A DNA stretch of 64,000 nucleotides, taken from positions 32,001 through 96,000 of the forward strand of contig OZ252149.1 in NCBI GenBank assembly GCA_965248755.1. The letters run 5' to 3'. Origin of the DNA: Candidatus Latescibacterota bacterium (GTDB lineage: Bacteria; Latescibacterota; CBDEFO01). Under the pieces are notes generated by a model. The model did no database searches and was not told the DNA's origin. It worked only from the letters and a program-made list of their open reading frames with translations. Of this stretch, positions 59,344 through 64,000 are shown in pieces (position 1 is the stretch's first letter; the number at the start of each line of letters is the position of its first letter). Both the position numbers and the translations under genes were made by a program.

Positions 59344-60381
59344 ATGGTTGTGAAGACAGCAGAAGAACTTTTGAAGTTCACCACAGACGTTCTGATAGCT
59401 GCCGGAGCCGACGACCGCAATGCCACCCGCGTCGCAGAGGCCTTGATCTCATCTAACCTCTGCGGTGTAGATACGCATGGGGTCATTCACCTCAAGACAT
59501 ACGTAGACAGTATTCGAGCGGGCGAGATTGTACCCACCGCTTGGCCCGAAATCCTGACAGAGGACACCACCAGTGCCCGAATTGGAGGCAACTGGACGTT
59601 TGGCCACGTGACAGCAAAGTATGCTGTGAAAGTAGGGATAGAGAAAGCTAAAAAAGATAACGTGGCGGTCGTAGGAATTGTCCAGGTGAACCACATAGGT
59701 CGTCTCGGTGAGTACGCGGAAATTGCGGCGTCTGAAGGAATGATTTCGATGATCTGGTCTGGGGGCTTTGGCGAAGGAAAGCCGGTGGCTGTACCATATG
59801 GTGGACGCGAACGTATTCTCTCTACAAACCCGATCGCGATGGGTTTCCCCATAGGCGATGGCCCACCGATGCTTATCGACTACGCCACAACCGCTATTGC
59901 CGGGAGCAAGATCCACGTCGCCCAAACTAAAGACGAAATGATTCCACCCGACTCACTTATCGACAAAGAAGGGAATCCCACCACTGATCCGTCTGCCTAC
60001 TTTGACGATGGCGCTCTTCTGCCGTTTGGCAAACACAAGGGTTACGCTTTGATGTTGGCAGTGGAGTTTCTCGGAAGGATTTTTGCCGGAGCTGATACAT
60101 TTGCCGCAGAAACTCGAGGGGGGAAAATTTACAGACATAGCGGCACGACCATGATTGTCTTGAAAGCGGATCTCTTCGAGCCCCTGACGGACTACTCGAG
60201 CCGAGCCGATGAATTAGGACATCGTCTCAGAGCGGTGCCGCCGGCACCCGGGTTTGACGAGGTTCTGATACCGGGAGATCTGGAGGCGCGCTCGCGAGCC
60301 ACCCGCCAGCGGGACGGAATCCCGATCCCCGTAAAGCTCTGGCAAAGACTGACCGACCTGGCCACGTCGCTCAAACTTTGA
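59344..60381 (+). CDS. Ldh_2 family (malate/L-lactate/sulfolactate/ureidoglycolate) dehydrogenase
   Basis: GVDTHG, NHIGRLGEY, STNPIA, IDYATT, HKGYAL, VLIPGD. Confidence 0.92.
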   Translation: MVVKTAEELLKFTTDVLIAAGADDRNATRVAEALISSNLCGVDTHGVIHLKTYVDSIRAGEIVPTAWPEILTEDTTSARIGGNWTFGHVTAKYAVKVGIEKAKKDNVAVVGIVQVNHIGRLGEYAEIAASEGMISMIWSGGFGEGKPVAVPYGGRERILSTNPIAMGFPIGDGPPMLIDYATTAIAGSKIHVAQTKDEMIPPDSLIDKEGNPTTDPSAYFDDGALLPFGKHKGYALMLAVEFLGRIFAGADTFAAETRGGKIYRHSGTTMIVLKADLFEPLTDYSSRADELGHRLRAVPPAPGFDEVLIPGDLEARSRATRQRDGIPIPVKLWQRLTDLATSLKL

Positions 60382-60442
60382 CGTATAAGTCAGGCAGACT
60401 CAAGATAGTAGCGGGTTGCACCCAACAGAAAGGGAGATACAG

Positions 60443-62338
60443 ATGTCAAGCTCAAACAACCAAGAAACTATCCGCCTGACCATGGCGCAGGCGCTGGTGA
60501 AATATCTGCAAGTCCAATATACCGAACGTGATGGCAAGAGGCGTCGCCTGATCCCCGCCGTCTTCGGGATATTTGGCCACGGCAATGTGGCTGGGCTGGG
60601 TCAGGCGCTGGAGGAATATGGTCAGGACTTACCCTATTATCAACCCTTCAACGAGCAGGCCATGGTTCACACCGCTTCCGGGTTTGCCAAAGCAAACCTC
60701 CGCATGGCGACCCTGGCCTGTACCTCCTCGATTGGACCCGGTTCTACCAATATGATCAGTGGAGCTGCAGCAGCCACCATCAACCGTCTGCCGGTGCTGC
60801 TTCTGCCATCTGACTACTACGCCACACGCCACCAGGGGCCGGTGTTGCAGCAACTTGAGCATCCAATCTCAGCTGATGTGAGCGTCAACGACTGCTTCCG
60901 TCCAGTCAGCCGCTTCTTCGATCGAATCTCGAGGCCAGAGCAACTGCTTCATGCTCTGCCTGAAGCGATGCGTGTACTGACCGATCCCGCCGACACCGGT
61001 GTGGTGACCCTGGCGCTACCGCAAGATGTCCAAGCACACGCCTACAACTACCCAGCGCACCTCTTCGATGAACAGGTGTGGCGCATAGAACGACGGCCGC
61101 CCGATCCAGAGCGCATCGCCGAGGCCGTGACGATGCTCAAGGCGGCAAAGCGGCCTATGATTATTGCTGGCGGCGGAGTACATTACTCTGAGGCATGGGC
61201 TGAACTCCATACATTTTCCGAAAAGTTCGGTATTCCGGTCGGCGAGACCATGGGGGGCAAGGGTGCGCTTAGGGCCGATTCCGCACTCTCATTAGGCGGT
61301 TGTGGAGTCACCGGTACACCTTCGGCCGGGATGGTTATGAGTCAGGCAGACCTGGTAATCTGTGTGGGCACACGTTTGGGGGATTTCAGCACAGGTTCGC
61401 GGTCTGCCTTCAACCATCCAGCAGTGAAGTTCATGAGCATCAATGTGTGTGGTCACGATGCCTACAAGCATAGGGCCCTGTCCATTATGGCAGATGCCCG
61501 CCAAGCGTTGCGCGCACTAGTAGAAGCGGCCACAGCGGCGGAACTTTCGCCTGATTCTGCCTACCTGGAGACGGTTGCGGCAGCCAACAAACAGTGGGAA
61601 AAACAGTTGCAGGAAGAGGTTTACCAACAGGTTCCCGGCGAGGCCATGAGCCAGGGACAATTGATCGGTGTCCTCAATAAAGTGGCGCAAGCCGGGGATA
61701 CCGTCGTTGCTGCCGCCGGCGCCCCGCCTGGGGATTTGCTCAGACTGTGGGATGTCAGCGGCAACCGACACTGTCATCTCGAATTCGGTTATTCCTGCAT
61801 GAGTTATGAAATACCGGCCAGTCTGGGTGTGCGCATGACCCAGCCGGAGGGTGAGGTCTATGTGTTTCTTGGGGACGGTGGTTACTTGATGAACCCAACA
61901 GAACTGGTCACGGCTATGCAGGAGAATTTGAAGATCACCGTTGTCATTGCCGATAACCACGGTTATCAGATCATTCGGCAACTCCAGATGGCCAGCGCCG
62001 GTCGCAGTTTTGGCAACGAGTTCCGGGCGCGTGACGGCAGAACAAATCGTCTGGAAGGGGAATATCTCAAGATTGACTTTGCCAAGAACGCTGAGAGCAT
62101 GGGAGCCCGGGCCTGGCACGTGACCACGCCCGAAGAACTGCACAACGCCTTGTGCGAGGCGCGCGAAGAGACACGCTCCTGCGTTATCGTGGCGGAAATT
62201 GAGAAACACCGCTACGTACCAGGCCCAGAGGTCTGGTGGGACGTCGCCCCTGCAGAGGTCAGCAATGACCCGGTCACTCAGGCACTGCGAGCCGAGTACG
62301 AAGCCAAGCGTGACAAACTACAGCGCTTCTATTACTGA
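60443..62338 (+). CDS. iolD: 3D-(3,5/4)-trihydroxycyclohexane-1,2-dione acylhydrolase
   Basis: RLTMAQALV, GIFGHGNVAGLG, SIGPGSTNM, NDCFRPVSRFFDRI, HLEFGYSCM, GDGGYLM. Confidence 0.95.
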   Translation: MSSSNNQETIRLTMAQALVKYLQVQYTERDGKRRRLIPAVFGIFGHGNVAGLGQALEEYGQDLPYYQPFNEQAMVHTASGFAKANLRMATLACTSSIGPGSTNMISGAAAATINRLPVLLLPSDYYATRHQGPVLQQLEHPISADVSVNDCFRPVSRFFDRISRPEQLLHALPEAMRVLTDPADTGVVTLALPQDVQAHAYNYPAHLFDEQVWRIERRPPDPERIAEAVTMLKAAKRPMIIAGGGVHYSEAWAELHTFSEKFGIPVGETMGGKGALRADSALSLGGCGVTGTPSAGMVMSQADLVICVGTRLGDFSTGSRSAFNHPAVKFMSINVCGHDAYKHRALSIMADARQALRALVEAATAAELSPDSAYLETVAAANKQWEKQLQEEVYQQVPGEAMSQGQLIGVLNKVAQAGDTVVAAAGAPPGDLLRLWDVSGNRHCHLEFGYSCMSYEIPASLGVRMTQPEGEVYVFLGDGGYLMNPTELVTAMQENLKITVVIADNHGYQIIRQLQMASAGRSFGNEFRARDGRTNRLEGEYLKIDFAKNAESMGARAWHVTTPEELHNALCEAREETRSCVIVAEIEKHRYVPGPEVWWDVAPAEVSNDPVTQALRAEYEAKRDKLQRFYY

Positions 62339-62383
62339 GCAGCTTGACAAAACTTGTCGGATATACTGAGTCAGTAGACACGT

Positions 62384-62460
62384 GAGATTGCTTCACTTTG
62401 CTTTAAATGATATTGCATGGGCATGTGGCACTGCGGGTGGCCTTCGCCCGAAGCAATCTC
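62384..62460. repeat. Degenerate GAGATTGCTTC / GAAGCAATCTC palindromic element
   Basis: Perfect 11-bp inverted pair shared with the element at 17479-17599. Confidence 0.6.
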
Positions 62461-62589
62461 CTTTAGATCGCTTCTTCCTCTAAAGTATCTACTATTTTGG
62501 AACCTATAGTCTTGTCCAGACTATTCTAATCTGATACTTGACCTCGTATCCGGTTCATCGTACTTAAGACAAAGGTGGAGAATGCTATT

Positions 62590-62919
62590 ATGGAGAAATC
62601 GAGACTTGAGATACTTCAGGAGTTTGTGGAGAACGATCCGCACGATTCGTTTTCGCGCTACGCCCTTGGTCAGGAATATATGAATCTGGACAGGATAGAT
62701 AAAGCCATTGAGACCTTTGAGAGATTAGCCGAGACCGATCCGGATTACGTGGCGGTGTACTATCATCTGGGAGCGGTACTTGAGCATGCGGGCAGAAAAG
62801 ACGAGGCTAAAGAGATATACCAAAAAGGGATAGTGGTATCTGATAAGGGAGGGGATATGCATGCCAAAGGGGAACTGATGGAAGTCCTGAACATGCTCGA
62901 GGGGGACTTTTCCTCCTGA
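62590..62919 (+). CDS. Tetratricopeptide repeat protein
   Basis: DPHDSFSRYALGQEY, DPDYVAVYYHLG, A..IYQKGI. Confidence 0.88.
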   Translation: MEKSRLEILQEFVENDPHDSFSRYALGQEYMNLDRIDKAIETFERLAETDPDYVAVYYHLGAVLEHAGRKDEAKEIYQKGIVVSDKGGDMHAKGELMEVLNMLEGDFSS

Positions 62920-62923
62920 TCGC

Positions 62924-63694
62924 TCACATTCCCATTATGTGATAGCCGCAATCTACATAGATAACCTCTCCAGTTATTCCCCTGGAAAGGTGACTGCCGA
63001 GGAAAAGAGCCGTATCGGCCACCTCCGCGTGTTCGGTGTAGCGGCCGAGGGGAGCACGTTCTTTGAACTTGGACCGCATATCGCTAAATCCCGCTATGCC
63101 CCTTGCAGCAAGGGTGCTCAAAGGTCCGGCGGAGATGCCGTTGACTCTTATATTCTTGCCTCCAAGGTCGTAGGCAAGATAGCGAATGCTGCTTTCCAAA
63201 GCGGCTTTAGCGACGCCCATTACGTTGTAGTGCGGAACTACTTTCTCTCCGCCCAGATAGGTAAGAGCCATGATGCTTCCCCCCCTCTCTTCCATAAGGG
63301 GAGCGGCGCGCTGGGCCAGGGCGACAAGAGAGTAAGAGCTTATCTCCTGCGCGATTAAGTAGCCATCTCTGGATGTGTCCAGATAGGCTCCGTCAAGTTC
63401 CTCTCTCTTTGCGAAGGCTATACAGTGAGCGAGGAAATCTATGGTCCCGAAACGATCCAAAAGGATGCTGAATACCTGGTCAATCTGGCCTTCATCCGTA
63501 ACGTCGCAGGGCCCCACAACTGTGCTCCTTTCGAGGGTTCCAGCAAGTTCCCTTACGTTCTTTTCCAACCGCTCGTTCTGATATGCCAGGGCGACATGTG
63601 CACCTTCTCTGTGGAGCGCCTGAGCGATCGCCCAGGCTATACTGTGTCTGTTCGCCACGTTGAGTATAATTCCACTTTTCCCTTCCATTAACAT
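62924..63694 (-). CDS. fabI: Enoyl-ACP reductase
   Basis: VANRHSIAWAIA, ISSYSL, YNVMGVAKAALE, VNGISAGP. Confidence 0.96.
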   Translation of the reverse strand: MLMEGKSGIILNVANRHSIAWAIAQALHREGAHVALAYQNERLEKNVRELAGTLERSTVVGPCDVTDEGQIDQVFSILLDRFGTIDFLAHCIAFAKREELDGAYLDTSRDGYLIAQEISSYSLVALAQRAAPLMEERGGSIMALTYLGGEKVVPHYNVMGVAKAALESSIRYLAYDLGGKNIRVNGISAGPLSTLAARGIAGFSDMRSKFKERAPLGRYTEHAEVADTALFLGSHLSRGITGEVIYVDCGYHIMGM

Positions 63695-63889
63695 CTATTC
63701 TCTCCTCTTTAAGTGGTCACAGACCAGGTGGTCATACACCAAGTGCACGCTGCACCACTTTTTCTGGTACATCTGATATTTTCAAATACCGATCTCCTGA
63801 GATGGGCACTAGATGTTCCGGCCTTCTCACTGCTAAAATACAAACAATGCCCAAAAATGTAAAGCTAAATCTCAAAACAGGGGGAAAAG

Positions 63890-64000
63890 TTGAAAGAAGC
63901 TATAACGATGTGGCGTTATACCAGAATGGTAGTGCTGGTGGGACTTACTGCGGCGATATACGCCGCTCTTTTAATCCCGTTCAAGCCGATACCTATCATA
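63890..64000 (+). CDS. QueT-family (ECF S-component-like) transporter, 3'-truncated
   Basis: Manual translation from TTG: MKEAITMWRYTRMVVLVGLTAAIYAALLIPFKPIPII. Confidence 0.6.
   Translation, partial: MKEAITMWRYTRMVVLVGLTAAIYAALLIPFKPIPII

Noticed and set aside
1..64000. tRNA/rRNA genes, integrase, intact transposase or prophage structural genes
   Set aside because: None recognised by eye in the intergenic regions or the ORF track.

Overview
A 64-kb bacterial chromosomal segment in the standard code. An FCB-superphylum lineage (Latescibacterota/KSB1-like) is inferred from the FlgD/T9SS-type C-terminal domains and a group II GGGP synthase; this is not established. Housekeeping genes include recA-recX-alaS, transketolase, fabI, and a queE-queC-queF-queC cluster led by a class III aminotransferase. 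Catabolic genes include two PhyH dioxygenases, an MlrC-like peptidase, an MR/MLE enolase and an iolE/iolD cluster. An accessory zone at ~19.4-27 kb holds a low-GC ApeA-like HEPN gene pair, an IS1380 remnant, iteron-like repeats and a decayed P4/D5-primase plus excisionase module. Modular secreted IPT/FG-GAP/GSDH proteins and several small repeat or MITE families are also present. The most striking feature is a ~15-kb co-directional minus-strand cluster (40339-55093). In order it encodes an Omp85 barrel, a lipoprotein metallophosphoesterase, a lipoprotein with a full set of PI3K/HipA-like kinase motifs, two NTT/TLC nucleotide translocases (one HEAT-fused), a 7TM histidine kinase, a cNMP-binding protein, a PAS-GAF histidine kinase and a receiver. 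I propose it as a candidate extracytoplasmic kinase/phosphatase system supplied by nucleotide translocases. No tRNA, rRNA or CRISPR array was recognised. All assignments come from motif recognition by eye; no database searches were run.
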